From Octopus bimaculoides (taxonomy: Eukaryota), in assembly GCF_001194135.2 (NCBI RefSeq), contig NC_068998.1, positions 50,092,364 through 50,156,363 of the forward strand: a DNA stretch of 64,000 nt, read 5' to 3'. A program made the translations under genes and the position numbers. Numbering within the stretch: the stretch's first letter is position 1; each line of letters opens with the position of its first letter. Below, piece after piece: positions 12,898-26,733 of the stretch. Below the pieces are notes generated by a model that was given only the letters and a program-made list of their open reading frames with translations, searched no databases and was not told the DNA's origin.

Positions 12898-13610
12898 ATG
12901 AAAACATTATCTCTATTTATTTTTCTTCTGCTAGTTGGCAAGTATATATATACATTATTTCCTTACATCAACAACGATCATTGATTTTTCTATGAAGCGA
13001 TTTAGATTTAAGTATATATATATNNNNNNNNNNGTGAAAATTATTAATACAATTATAAGTATAGGGAAATGGAAAAAAGGCGTCTTTGCCAATGATCTTT
13101 AAATTAGACAGTAAATCGCCTAGACACATAAAACATTTTCAATTGTATGTTTTATTCCACGTGTTGAAACGAGGAAAGCAGGCAAACAGACATTCATAAA
13201 AATATAATTATCCACAATTGGTTCCGATTTCTGGATTAATTTCTGGATTAATTGCTAGGGTTAAAAAATGCCTTAACTTTTACAATAACAATATGCATTG
13301 TTCCCTTTCCATAACATAGATACAGACAGAAATTAGAATTTCCACATGATGCCGTTACATTTGTCAATTTATCAATATTGTGAATATGGAACTTATCAAT
13401 TTTTAGGCAGAGCAATCCCTGACATACAAGGGGATTGTGCAAAACTGGCAGGTATCACGTGCCCCAAGATTTATAAAGTATATAAAGCACATAAAGATGA
13501 CTGCGAGTAAGTATGATATTACTATCATTATAATATAATAATTGAAGATGCTAAATATAGACTTTTATAAACAGGTACTAAGCAAAATTTATACATGTGT
13601 ATGTATATAC

Positions 13611-13690
<80 letters not shown>

Positions 13691-14098
13691 ATGTATGTAT
13701 ACGCATAAAAACAGGTAGTTTGAATGGAAAATATATTAGTGATATTTATTAAAAATGACATTTGACAATAGGAATTACTAAGAGTTACGTGTTACATAGA
13801 CATGTAAGGAATATGTTAATAGCAAGTCCTCATACAGATGATTAAATAATGATTATCGCACATATGGTTGAAAATATTATGTTAACGAAGAAAATTGTAT
13901 GTTTTATAGCACTAATGTTAAGAACATTGAGAAATACTTTTTTAAATTCAAATCAGAAGTAATGCGTATTTAATAAATGTAAATAAATGTTTCGAAGGCT
14001 GCAATTTCATTTCAAAAGGCTTTTAATATACCTACATGTACCTACCTAGTAACATGCCAATATGCATACATACACACATACATGCAAACGTGTGTGTA

Positions 14099-14168
<70 letters not shown>

Positions 14169-14520
14169 CGTATGAATGCATGTATGTATGTATCTGAAGT
14201 TTTACTGATAAATGCCAACACAAGAAACTGTAACCACATGTGACCCACTGCATTTAACGTAGAACATTTTTGGGTGACGAACCCATGACAATTCCCACAG
14301 GAACAATTCGATGATTACATAGTTTATAGATTTCTAGTTAGACCTACATTAATGTTTAATTTCGTTATTTTCAATTTCAATGACCAATTGGTGTGTTATA
14401 TTTCTTGAAACACGTTATTTTCCAGGGTTGTAGGAACGTTTCTGAAATGCTTTTTTGCTGTAAATGAGTCACCTTGTTACCACATGTATAAACAAATGCA
14501 AAGCTGTCCTGTAAGTTGTC

Positions 14521-14568
<48 letters not shown>

Positions 14569-15939
14569 CGGAAGATAGAGTGTATTTTCTTTTATTCGAT
14601 TTCGCATTGATTTTAACCTGGTTCTTGATCTATATACTAATATATCTCAAAATTCTCGAGGAATCGGTGGTGAAGTTAAAAATAAATCTATTATGTAAGT
14701 GCAGACTACACCAGTTGAGTTCTTGTATTCAATATAGAACCAATACACAATAGGTTTGGAGAACTTTGCTGATTTTATGGCAGAATTTAAGTTAATATGT
14801 TACCTCACAATATCATTCAAATCGATGGACACGAGTCAGAACTGAAACTTGTTTGTAAAGACGCTACATGTTATATGTTCTGATTATTAATTCAAAATTG
14901 AAGCAAATATGCGAAATTTTCTACACACGTTTTATCACTTTATTGGTATTCGAAGTCATAGAAATGGTTGCGAATATTTATTCATGAACGAACAACTCTA
15001 TGGCATGTCCTAGTTGTTTGTTAAAAATAAAAGAAAGAATGTCAAAGTTTTCGCACTGAAAGAATGTCAAATTTTTCGCACTGGGCGTGCGTTTCCGTTC
15101 CAGACTTTATATAAATGATAAATGGTTGTGTAATCTACATATATGAAACGACGCTACAGTTAATGTCCGATATGTTTTATAATCTTCTTGACTTGTAGCA
15201 AAGATCGTAAATTAAATAAATATTTTAATAACATTTTAAAGCAAAATAACCGTATTAAGCATAATTCAACGATTTGTTGCTCAAATAAAACAGACTTTCA
15301 AGAAAATATGTATTTTTTTTTATAATTGCAAACTTACGCCGTGTTCTTCACAATCGAGTTTCAATGAGTTTCAATGATCTAAATTTCGTTTGTTAATCAA
15401 CTACAAAACTTCTTGTAAGAACTTATATGGGAAACGACATTCTCCCCTTCGATAATTAACTAATTCACAGATTACGTTCAGTTTTTCATAACGAGCATTA
15501 TGTGATGTAATTGTTATCTATATCATTGCGATACATTTGTGGAGATACATTAAATTCAAATTAATTGTGCTCTTTTAATTTCAAGATTTTCGTTCTGTGT
15601 TCACAGGTTACCGAGAAAAGCTCTTCTAATCAAGTTAAGGTACGTGACGTCTTTGTGACCGCGTCAGTTACAATATTATTTTATTATAATATAGACGATT
15701 TTGAAGACGGCGAGCTGGCAGAAACGTTAGCACATCGGGCGAAATACTTAGCGGTGTTTCGTCTGTCTTGCGTTCTGAGTTCAAATTCCTCCTAGTTTAT
15801 TTTACTGTTCATGCTTTCGGGTAAATTAAATACCGGTTGCGTACTGGTGTCGATCTAATTGTCACTGTCGCTCCTCAAAGATGTCGAACCTTGTTCCTGG
15901 AGTACAAAAGAATATATAGCATTTCATATCCATTATAAG

Positions 15940-15970
<31 letters not shown>

Positions 15971-17156
15971 TGTAGCCGTTATTACAAAATGCTATTTTGT
16001 CATTGTGTATCATAGATATACTTTTTTAAAAATTACTACTTGAAGATCTATTTGTATGAAAGTTTGAATGTTACGACTGTTATATATCCATTATTAACTG
16101 CAGCATTATTGTCATACCTCTGCAAAAATACTTGAGATAAAAACTAAGTGTTGAAGACGATTTTATCTTAATACATACGCCTTATACTTACCGATTGGTT
16201 GCTCAATATGCTGACTTAAAATTTGGCACAAGTCCAACAATGTTAGGATAAGACGAGTACATCGACCCCCAAGGGGATCTGGTACTTATCGTATCGATCT
16301 CTAAAAAGATTAATGGAAATGAAGGTCTCAATAGAATTCGAAGTCATAACTTAAAGACGGGCGAAAATATGCATTCGTCCCGGTATGCTAGCGAACTTGT
16401 CAGCTCACCGTCATGCATTTATTAATATCCTATGGGTATTAAATCAATATGGACGTCTATTTGCTTTGTGCTAAGGTTTGAAGTTGAACATAAGTTCATC
16501 ACCTGATAGTGAAGAAAGCTATCACAAAATTTGGCAAGTGGGCCAGCTGGCTTTATCTTTATGAAACAGAACAAGTTGCTTTTCTTCCGGCTTTTTACAA
16601 TCTCATTTCAAATTCCACTGCTGGATGCATTGCCTTTGATTATTTCAGATTCCATAAGTTAAGTAATCTTTGAACACAAGAGTCATGTAATCGCATTCCT
16701 CTCCCTTCAATATCACTTAGCTTTACCTTAAATAAGGGTAAATTCTTTTCTGTTAAACCATACCGAAGAATATGGAAAAAATTTCTCATGGCCACAAGGG
16801 CTACTGCTGAGAAGGAGGTTGCGAACAGAACTAGATTTCACCTGCCGAAAGTTCAATGTGGTATCGCTTTGCCCATTTGCATCACACTAACCATGTCTGC
16901 GATGCGAACATCGCTCCGGTTAGGCTTTCTCTAGACGCTTCGATTTCATCAAAAAATACTGCACTAGATTGTTTTGGCAAATATCCATTGTCGACACATG
17001 GATACAAGAATATAATCCCCAAGTGAGTGTAAAATATACATTGAAATATTTTCGATATACATTTTTAAAGTTTTTCTTTTCTTGTTTTCTTTGCAGATAA
17101 CCTTTGCCGCAGTGTCCCTTGACTTACTTGTGATTGTATTGCTAAAACATAACTAA
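12898..17156 (+). CDS. Gene C: 105-aa signal-peptide, 6-Cys, putative GPI-anchored protein
   Basis: Exons 12898-12937 (GC donor, G|GCAAGT), 13407-13506, 14426-14510, 15607-15639, 17097-17156 join in frame: [105 protein letters not shown]. Confidence 0.88.
15705..15900 (+). mobile_element. SINE-like dispersed repeat (second family)
   Basis: GGCGAGCTGGCAGAAACGTTAGCACATCGGGCGAAATACTTAGCGG...GAGTTCAAATTCC is the reverse complement of the 39181 family. Confidence 0.6.
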
Positions 17157-17313
17157 TAGAACGATATTGAAATTTTGTTTTCCACATTATATTCTATAAT
17201 TATTACTGATATCCCAGTTTTGTATGCCAGAAATATATTATAAAGGAAAGAATTAAACACTTGAATTGTATTGTTATTTTTTCGATCTTTCTGAAACTTT
17301 CAAAATTCAGCGG

Positions 17314-17560
17314 TACACGAGGGGGTGCCAGAAAGTAAATGGAAACGTTCTGCCTTGTTCAAGGCAGAATTGATTGAGAAATGCATTCCAAAATTACGAT
17401 CGCAAGAATGTACGGGGAAAAGAAACTTCTCTGCACGGACCTGCCCCAAATAATTCTTGTAATCTGCTGTCACACCAATTACTACTTGTCTTCATTGCTA
17501 TGATCCAGCAACAGATAAATTCACTTACAATCTTAAAAATGGTTTCAATTTCCGCCCTGA
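17314..17560 (+). mobile_element. Possible mariner-type terminal remnant
   Basis: TACACGAGGGGGTGCCAGAAAGT resembles a mariner TIR start; no recognisable coding motif. Confidence 0.35.
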
Positions 17561-18740
17561 AGACATTGATTTAAAATTTATTTGCTATGAATATATAAAT
17601 TAATAGGCTTCTAACCTTTTTATTTTGAAGTTTCCAAACCACTAACTATAATATTTGTCATCAGTTTGCAAAACGTTGGTAAAATGCCGTTTTTTTTGTT
17701 GAAAATTTGAGTTTAAGACTTGTGTTTGGAAGAAAACCAAACCAAACGCGTGTGCATGCAAATATTAATAAAATGCCCAGTTTTAAACGAATTTGGCTCA
17801 CTACATCTGGCAATCAGACACTATTAAATATAATTAGAATGCACATTTGAAGTAATCACTAGTGTATGATAAGTAGGTCCAAATTTTGTGGTTTTCGGTC
17901 GTTTTGACTGTCTCCTAGCGTGTAGAAATCGCCAGTTATTGGTAATTTCTCTTGAATAATAAGTCGTCCATTGGCTTTGTATACCTGCCAGGCCAATAGT
18001 AGTGAAATGTGTAAAATATTTACTATGCTATATATATCTAAGTATATATACATATAGGTAGGCAGATGGATAGATGAATTTATTAAAAGAGAAATGGTTG
18101 AATGATTGATTGGTTGCTCCCTGCATAGAAAGGTATACTGTATCATTTTTGACATAGTATATTGCTCGTTAAATAAATGTTAAGATTTCTACTGGACAGA
18201 AATGATAAGAATATGGAACACACTGACACTTTGAGATTTGTCTCTCCCTTAAGAGCAAATGCTTTTCGATATGTGTTTATCTCTTAAGGCTAGTGACATC
18301 TGATATAATAATTTCATTTAAATAATTTCAGCTTCCATAAATTAATTAGCTGTATCAATGTTTATATGTGCTTTTGATATATATGTAATGCTTGTGCAAT
18401 TTTTCAGAATTTTATATTTGATATTTTCATTTGCTTCTCATCCTTAATGCAATTCATAAGTTCATCACAACGAATTCATATTTAAACCGCTATTATATCT
18501 TATACATAAATAGAAATAAATTTTAGATTCAATTTTGTCTTTGTGTGGATTTTAATTAAATTGTTGTCCACACCTGCGTTAAGTGAATGTTTGTATATTC
18601 GTAAACATTACAAACATTCCGAGTTATCTAATTGGTGAAAAATGAATAAACAACTAATATAAAAAAGAATATCAGACTAGTAAAGTTGTCCCTTCATATA
18701 CATGATGTGTTAGTTTTCACCAGAAAGTATTGCAGAATGT

Positions 18741-19100
18741 AGTTGGCACTCCGTCGCCTACGACGTCGAGGCTTCCCGTTGATCCGATCAACGGAACAGC
18801 CTGCTCGTGAAATTAACGTGCGAGTGGCTGAGCGCTCCACAAACACGTGTACCCTTAACGTAGTTCTCGGGGATATTCAGCGTGGCACAGTGTAACAGGG
18901 CTGACCTTTTGAATTACAAGCACAACAGAAACAGGAAGTATGAGTGAGAGAAAGTTGTGGTGAAAGAGTACAGCAGGGTTCGCCAACATCCCCTGCCGGA
19001 GCCTCGTGGAGCTTTAGGTATTTTCGCTCAATAAACACTCACAACGCCCGGTCTTGGAATCGAAACCACGATCCAATGACCTAACCACTGGGCCATTGCG
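18741..19100 (-). mobile_element. tRNA-derived SINE
   Basis: Minus strand begins CGCAATGGCCCAGTGGTTAGG...GGTTTCGATTCC (pol III A and B boxes), followed by a ~300 bp GC-richer body. Confidence 0.7.
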
Positions 19101-19164
19101 ATTGCACATGATTGCAGAATATCCCAGTTCAAATTTTGATCTTCTACAATTCTGTGAAATTTAT

Positions 19165-19490
19165 ATAATAATAATAATAAAAAGAAAAAGGAAAAGAAGG
19201 AGAAGAAGAAGAAGAAAAAGAAGAAGAAGAAGAAGAAGAAGAAGAAGAAGAAGAAGAAGAAGAAGAAGAAGAAGAAGAAGCAAAAAAAGAAGAATAAGAA
19301 AAAGAAGAAGAACAACAACAACGACAACAACAACAATAACAACTCCAAATTCACCATTAATTAACGAGCTCAAAGTACGCAGGGTTCTTGGCGCATGGCC
19401 AGTAAACAAGTTTCACGTTGGTGTTCTGTGAACAGCTGACACGTTGCATCATACCCAGCAACATATGCTGTGAGTTTTAATCACGATAAC

Positions 19491-19546
<56 letters not shown>

Positions 19547-19567
19547 GAAGAAGAAGAAGAAGAAGAA

Positions 19568-19598
<31 letters not shown>

Positions 19599-19695
19599 AA
19601 GAAAAAGAAGAAGAAGGAGGAGAAGAAAAAGAAAACAGCAACAACAACGACAACAACTCCAATATCACTATTAATTAACGAGCGCAAGTCTATGT
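19165..19695. repeat. Tandemly duplicated (AAT)n(AAG)n(AAC)n compound microsatellite
   Basis: Two units (19165-19385, 19488-19695), each ending AACTCCAA..CAC.ATTAATTAACGAGC. Confidence 0.9.
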
Positions 19696-19901
19696 CGTAT
19701 TAGCAGAACTATATCACCTTATATAACCATGACGTGACAAATATAGAGCTGACACGTCAAATAATTCAGTAGACTAATAACTAAATAAAAATGAAATCGC
19801 TGTATCCTTCCAGATGAAACATATTTGATTATTCGAGAAATACGATGTGTAGGTGACTTCTACAACATCAGATTTTGTGTTTCGGACGCAACACGATAAT
19901 A

Positions 19902-22900
19902 ATGTTTTCCATGTATATTCTTTTTCTTGTACTGTGTAAGTAGTTATATTACTTATTTCATTGCCATATATCAAAAGGGAATGAGTAACTGAGTCTGCGC
20001 GCATTTACTTTCTTAACTGTATACTCAGTGATGACGCAGCATTCTCATTTACTCAATTCTTTGCATATATACTGACGTCCTCAAAATGATATATGAATTT
20101 TGTTTTGTAAGAATATAATTTTTTTTTTATTGTTTATTTTGTATGCGCTCACCCAGATTGGAAACCACTGTCTTATAGTTTCAAAATAAGGTGATTAAAA
20201 TAAAATCAAAATAAGGAACAGGATATCTAGAGGTAATGCAGCACGCTCCTTTCAAGCGACTCCATTTAATCGACCAATGCAACCATTACATACATATATT
20301 TATATGCATACATACATAAATAGATTGACGCAGGACTCCTCCCAACTGCCCTATATTTAAGCTAAACGCGAAACATAAAACACCATCAATTTTCTAAAGA
20401 CAGTCCTAGGGATTCATCTCTCCTTAAAATGTATCAAAACGTGAATTAAATTCTTCAGATATCTTTGAAGAAATTGTTTTTTTTTCCAATCAATAAGTCA
20501 TTGTCAAATAGATAAAAAATAACAGATTTATTTTTTTTCAAATTTTAGCAACAGCAGATGTCGCCCGATCGGTATGCAAACAAAAGGCAAGGGTGATATG
20601 TCCCAAGCAGTATGAGGAATACAAAGCAAAGGACCCCGACTGCGTGTATGTAATATAAATAAACTATTATCTTCCATAATAGATATCTTTCCGATCTAAA
20701 TTCACATTCCACCAGGATCGACCACGCCTTTCATGGTTGATTTAGCTGTCATAACTGCCTAGACCTGTTTTCGTATTTTGTGATATCTCTGGTCCATAAG
20801 GCTTGCAGGTTTCAGCTTTAATGCTGCACTTCAGCTTTGATATTTCATCGACAATTTGCACAGCTGCAGCCATCTGAGAGTATTTAAAGGATAAATCTAA
20901 TCATTTCACTAGAGCTGGCAACTTTCGAACACGACTATCACTACGTAGACTTGATAATTGTGTCACGCATGACCGATCACTTGTACTTCGATATTGTAAA
21001 ATTGTAAAGTAATAAGTTTATGTCATGAAATATGGAGCAAATTTGGGAGATACAAGTATAAACACATGCTAAAATTTCTGTATTAATTTTGTTTTTCCCT
21101 AGGGGATACAATCAGTTTCTCTCATGCTTTGAGCACGTAATCCAACATTATTGTTATCAAAACTTTAAAAATAACCACAGGTGTTACGTAAGTTACTTGT
21201 AATTATTCTAATTCTAGTCTTCAATTTTGCTTAGAATTAAAACTTATTTTCACCAGACTAAGCGTTTATTTTGAGGAGTGTAAGGTGGGTCGTGTGTGGA
21301 CATATATTTGCTACATAATATAAGATAACTAGGCCAAGGTAATGTGATATTTCTAGGAATTTATAACGAGAAATGTGGTCTTATAGCTGTTTTCTTCTTT
21401 CTACACTTTCATATTTAATCAACTACAAAAAATGACGCAGCTCGTGAAACAGCTGTGTCGACAGGGTATAGTACAGATGCATACTTCCTTTTACAAATTA
21501 TTCAGCATACTAATGCATTGAGCCGTCATAATCCTTAGCTTTCTTACCAAAATGCTTAACGTTGTTTCGTCCGTATTTATCTTCTGAGACTTCAAATGCT
21601 TTCTAGTTTGATCTCTGCTTTTATCCTTTCGGGTTCGATAAAATAACTAGCAGTAATAGACTGGGATCGAGTTACCCCTCTCCGAAACTGCTGGTCTAGT
21701 ACCAAAATTTAAAACTAGTAATTAATGAAATACTCACTACATTAATTATACTTTTATGTCGTGGTGGATTTTATATTGATCTCATTGCGATATAATTTTG
21801 TACATAGATTAATTCGTATTTATTACACTTTCTTATTTTGAAGATATGTGTTATTTCTTTTCAGACAGGAAGGAAGTCTTCTATACATGAGGTACGTGAT
21901 TTCATTTTAATAACCGCTTATATAATATGTTTTTAGTATAGTGTTTTACACATCCATTTTACTACAGTCTATTAACTGTATAAATGATTGTCAACAATAT
22001 GTGCACGAAGCTATTTTGCTTTATAGAACGACTATTATTGCAATAGTGATTGAACGGATAATTTTAAATAAGTACTGAGTTAATAACGTTTACTCCTTTT
22101 AGCATGCACGGATATTTTTTTATTCCAATATATTCAATAGTTATAGAAGATTATTATGACGGTCCCATGATACTACAGCAAAAATATCTAAGGTTGCGAT
22201 ATGACGATATTGCACACGCGTTGAATTTGCTAGCCCATTCATCAACATAATATCGAGAATAATTAAATGTCAGGGGGCATTTGCCTCGTACCAAGACTTG
22301 CTAAAGTATTGTGCTGTTTTCTCTCTGGAAGGTAATAAAAGACTACCACAATTTTTCCTACACACCTCTCAGTTTCACACGCCTCTCGCCTAATGGGTTA
22401 ACGTTTACACACATATCTATATGTATATATGTATATATATATNNNNNNNNNNNNNNNNNNNNNNNNNNNNNNNNNNNNNNNNNNNNNNNNNNNNNNNNNN
22501 NNNNNNNNNNNNNNNNNNNNNNNNNNNNNNNNNNNNNNNNNNNNNNNNNNNNNNNNNNNNNNNNNNNNNNNNNNNNNNNNNNNNNNNNNNNNNNNNNNNN
22601 NNNNNNNNNNNNNNNNNNNNNNNNNNNNNNNNNNNNNNNNNNNNNNNNNNNNNNNNNNNNNNNNNNNNNNNNNNNNNNNNNNNNNNNNNNNNNNNNNNNN
22701 NNNNNNNNNNNNNNNNNNNNNNNNNNNNNNNNNNNNNNNNNNNNNNNNNNNNNNNNNNNNNNNNNNNNNNNNNNNNNNNNNNNNNNNNNNNNNNNNNNNN
22801 NNNNNNNNNNNNNNNNNNNNNNNNNNNNNNNNNNNNNNNNNNNNNNNNNNNNNNNNNNNNNNNNNNNNNNNNNNNNNNNNNNNNNNNNNNNNNNNNNNNN

Positions 22901-23399
22901 NNNNNNNNNNNNNNNNNNNNNNNNNNNNNNNNNNNNNNNNNNNNNNNNNNNNNNNNNNNNNNNNNNNNNNNNNNNNNNNNNNNNNNNNNNNNNNNNNNNN
23001 NNNNNNNNNNNNNNNNNNNNNNNNNNNNNNNNNNNNNNNNNNNNNNNNNNNNNNNNNNNNNNNNNNNNNNNNNNNNNNNNNNNNNNNNNNNNNNNNNNNN
23101 NNNNNNNNNNNNNNNNNNNNNNNNNNNNNNNNNNNNNNNNNNNNNNNNNNNNNNNNNNNNNNNNNNNNNNNNNNNNNNNNNNNNNNNNNNNNNNNNNNNN
23201 NNNNNNNNNNNNNNNNNNNNNNNNNNNNNNNNNNNNNNNNNNNNNNNNNNNNNNNNNNNNNNNNNNNNNNNNNNNNNNNNNNNNNNNNNNNNNNNNNNNN
23301 NNNNNNNNNNNNNNNNNNNNNNNNNNNNNNNNNNNNNNNNNNNNNNNNNNNNNNNNNNNNNNNNNNNNNNNNNNNNNNNNNNNNNNNNNNNNNNNNNNN

Positions 23400-23444
<45 letters not shown>

Positions 23445-23941
23445 ATAAACATATATACATATATACATACACACCACCACGCACAAACACACACACTCAC
23501 ACACATACAAATATGGAGAGAGAGAGAGAGAGAAAGAGGGTTTAGCAGTGGGAAACTAAAAGAATCCCGCCGTATATATATTTGCGCGTGTTTGTGCATG
23601 CATAAGCGTGTGTATGTATGCGTACGTGATTTTGTCTGTCTGTCTGTCTGTTTTTGTCTCTGCCATCGCTTGAGAACTGATGCTGATGTGTTTATGTTAG
23701 GGTAATACTAGCTGTTCGGCAAAAGAGTACCCTAGAATATGTACTAGGCTTACAAATAATGACTACTGGGATGGGATCGTTTTCTTTGACTAAAATCCCT
23801 CAAGGCATGACTGCAGTAAATTAACTGAATCAAGTAAATGAATAAAAGTATATTATTTCTTTATAAAATATAAAGTTACAATTCTCTTTTCAGATGACGT
23901 TTAATTCAGTATTCCTCATTGCATTTATGGTTATGTTATGA
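19902..23941 (+). CDS. Gene D: 96-aa signal-peptide, 6-Cys, putative GPI-anchored protein
   Basis: Exons 19902-19935, 20549-20645, 21103-21187, 21865-21891, 23894-23941, all GT-AG and in frame: MFSMYILFLVLSTADVARSVCKQKARVICPKQYEEYKAKDPDCVGYNQFLSCFEHVIQHYCYQNFKNNHRCYTGRKSSIHEMTFNSVFLIAFMVML*. Confidence 0.87.
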
Positions 23942-24194
23942 ATGCAATACTAAATATAGTTGACGTCACTATAACGATGAGCATTCGGCATTCTGGAATA
24001 CGTTTATCTCCCGCTCCTGTGTCTGAAATCTGTCCCGATACAGGAAGGAATAAAATATCCACTTGTTTTTGATAATTATTTGACGTTGTTTTGTTGTTTT
24101 TCTTTTTTCTCTAAAAATGTATCTTTTACAGATGATATCTTTTAAGATTAATGCTCACAGTAGGGCTTTATAGCTATTGAATTATTCCATACTA

Positions 24195-24352
24195 CTCAAG
24201 GCACAAGGCCCGATATTTTTTGGGAAGGGGGACAGTGGATTAGATCGACCCCAGTACGCAACAGGTACTTAATTGATCGACCCTGAATAGATGAAAGGCA
24301 TAGTCGACCTCGGCGGAATTTGAACTCAGAACGTAAAGACATACGAAATACC
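24195..24352 (-). mobile_element. SINE-like dispersed repeat (second family)
   Basis: GGCACAAGGCC...GATCGACCCCAGTAC...GAAAGGC.AGTCGACCTCGGCGGAATTTGAACTC. Homologs at 39181-39380 and 16205-16410 (same strand) and at 15705-15900, 61035-61185, 9705-9870 and 32110-32420 (opposite strand). Confidence 0.65.
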
Positions 24353-24604
24353 ACTATATATACATATATATNNNNNNNNNNNNNNNNNNNNNNNNNNNNN
24401 NNNNNNNNNNNNNNNNNNNNNNNNNNNNNNNNNNNNNNNNNNNNNNNNNNNNNNNNNNNNNNNNNNNNNNNNNNNNNNNNNNNNNNNNNNNNNNNNNNNN
24501 NNNNNNNNNNNNNNNNNNNNNNNNNNNNNNNNNNNNNNNNNNNNNNNNNNNNNNNNNNNNNNNNNNNNNNNNNNNNNNNNNNNNNNNNNNNNNNNNNNNN
24601 NNNN

Positions 24605-24651
<47 letters not shown>

Positions 24652-24704
24652 TGTATGTATGTATGTATGTATTTGTGCGTCCGTCTGTGTTTGACCCTCT
24701 CTAT

Positions 24705-24850
24705 CACTTGGCAACCGATACTGGTGTGCTTACGTCCTCATAACTTAGCAGTTCGGCAAAACGAACCGATAGGATTAGTACTAGGCTTGCAAACAATAAG
24801 TCCTGGGGTCGATGTGTTCGGCTACAGGTTGTGCTCTAGCATTGCCGCAG
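24705..24850 (+). mobile_element. Dispersed repeat fragment
   Basis: TAGCAGTTCGGCAAAA...GTACTAGGCTT...CTGGG is shared with 23685-23830. Confidence 0.5.
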
Positions 24851-25562
24851 TCAAATTATTGAAGCATCAGAGTAAAAGAGTATGTTTTAGATGATTCTTT
24901 TTATTAAATCCCCATATGTATACACTTATCGTAGTCTGCCAGAACTGACCTTCTTCCCTGTATCTCTTGGGCTTCTCTAGCATCTCGGGTTTGATTTGAG
25001 CACTTGCGTGCTTTTTATGATTTTCTAAAGAAAATTTGTAATTATATATATAGATATATAATATAGATTCAGAAAAGCGCGTGGCTATATCAGAAAGCTC
25101 TGCTTATGAACTCGACAGTCAGTCCACATAGTAATACAGCATAGAAAAGTGTAATGTAGAGTATCTATGCAGCTGGAATCCAGAAGTTACGATCGAAGAT
25201 TTATGAGGTGCAGTTCGTATACCACAAAATTCAGGTTGTATGAGAGGTTAATATGCTAGTATTTAATCACGTGGCGTTTGCTGCGGGTTACTCTGCAGCC
25301 AAGTGTATGTTGTCTAAATAAATTTTACATTATCGTGAAGATGTACTAATCAGCACACGAATGATTCGATCAGCACGGTTAAATTTGAAAACATATTGCG
25401 AAGAAAAAAATAGGAGCGTATCTATTTGTAACAATAAAATATTACTATAAACGACGGGAATTGAACAGGAAACGGTATAGGACATGAGACAGTGTAATGG
25501 GAATGGGAACTGGAACCCCAGCTTTTCCGGGTATTACAGGATAATTCATCTAGTACATATGT

Positions 25563-25595
<33 letters not shown>

Positions 25596-25635
25596 TACAT
25601 TTACATATGTGTGTGTATATATATATGTGAGAAGG

Positions 25636-25666
<31 letters not shown>

Positions 25667-26646
25667 CGTGTGTGTGTGTGTGTGTGTGGGTGTGTGTGTG
25701 TGTGTGTATTAAAATATTAATTCCTTTCCTTATTATCTGGATGTCAGTGACAGGCAATAAGCAACACGATGTCGAAATTTAACCCTATATCATTGTTCTT
25801 TTTTTGAGATTAAATAAACATGCACATTCTTATTCAAAGATTTTCTTTTCAACAATGAAAATAAATTACGATTACGAAGGAAAATGAACGATGAACACCC
25901 GTTTGTAGACACTATCCTCAGTTGATTCCTAAAGGCCGTTGTCTCAGCTCAACCATTGTGCAAATGATATTTCAGTAATAAATCTCAACAAATGGCAGAG
26001 ACATAGAAACGATATCAAATAGTATGCACATGGGAGATCCCACAAGGATTTTCACAACAATTTAGTGATGTGGTTTTTATCAATCTCGGAACGTATCTCA
26101 ACTGCATAGCAATTAAGTTTTCCGTTTTTTTTTTTCAACCTTTCATTTCATTCGCACGGGGACAGTGCAACCTACATAGGAGGGATATAAATGTATTCAA
26201 TATGCACACAAACCTCCTTCTCTATGCTGTAATAAACTAAATGAAGTGTCCTCAAGTGACTCAATGGATGGATCCGATGTTGCAGCAGTGATTGGTATAC
26301 ACAAATATATCGATCAACTTCAGTCACCAGTTATACTCTAGCAATGGTATTAATTGAAAAGCTGCTTTATGAGCTCAAACTTAACACTCGAATCTCAAAG
26401 AATAAAACGACGTATAAATATATCAGTGTGCCTAGCTTTGTTATCTAGTTGTCTATATTACCTTTGTTAATGCATACATATATATTACATTCTTTTATTA
26501 AATGCCATATATCTTCACGTTACATTAGCTGAAAGAGAAACACACTCTCTCTATACTTACAGATATTCCTATTCTCTCTCGAAAGTAAAAAACTGAAAGA
26601 CACAATTCTTATAGAATAAGTAATCATATGTTGCATTGAAGCACAG

Positions 26647-26674
26647 CATATGTTACATTGCTTTCGTATATAAG
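26647..26674 (+). promoter_or_regulatory. Conserved CANNTG-TTAC upstream motif plus TATA-like box (gene E)
   Basis: CATATGTTACATTGC then TATATAAG, 87 nt before the ATG. The motif recurs at 12809, 33316, 40797, 45742, 47054 and 52562, and in degenerate form at 8501, ~31517 and 60004. Confidence 0.6.
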
Positions 26675-26733
26675 TGGGAACGTGTGGGAGGCTTTTGCAT
26701 CATAATACAAGCAATTATATAAGATAAGCCAAT

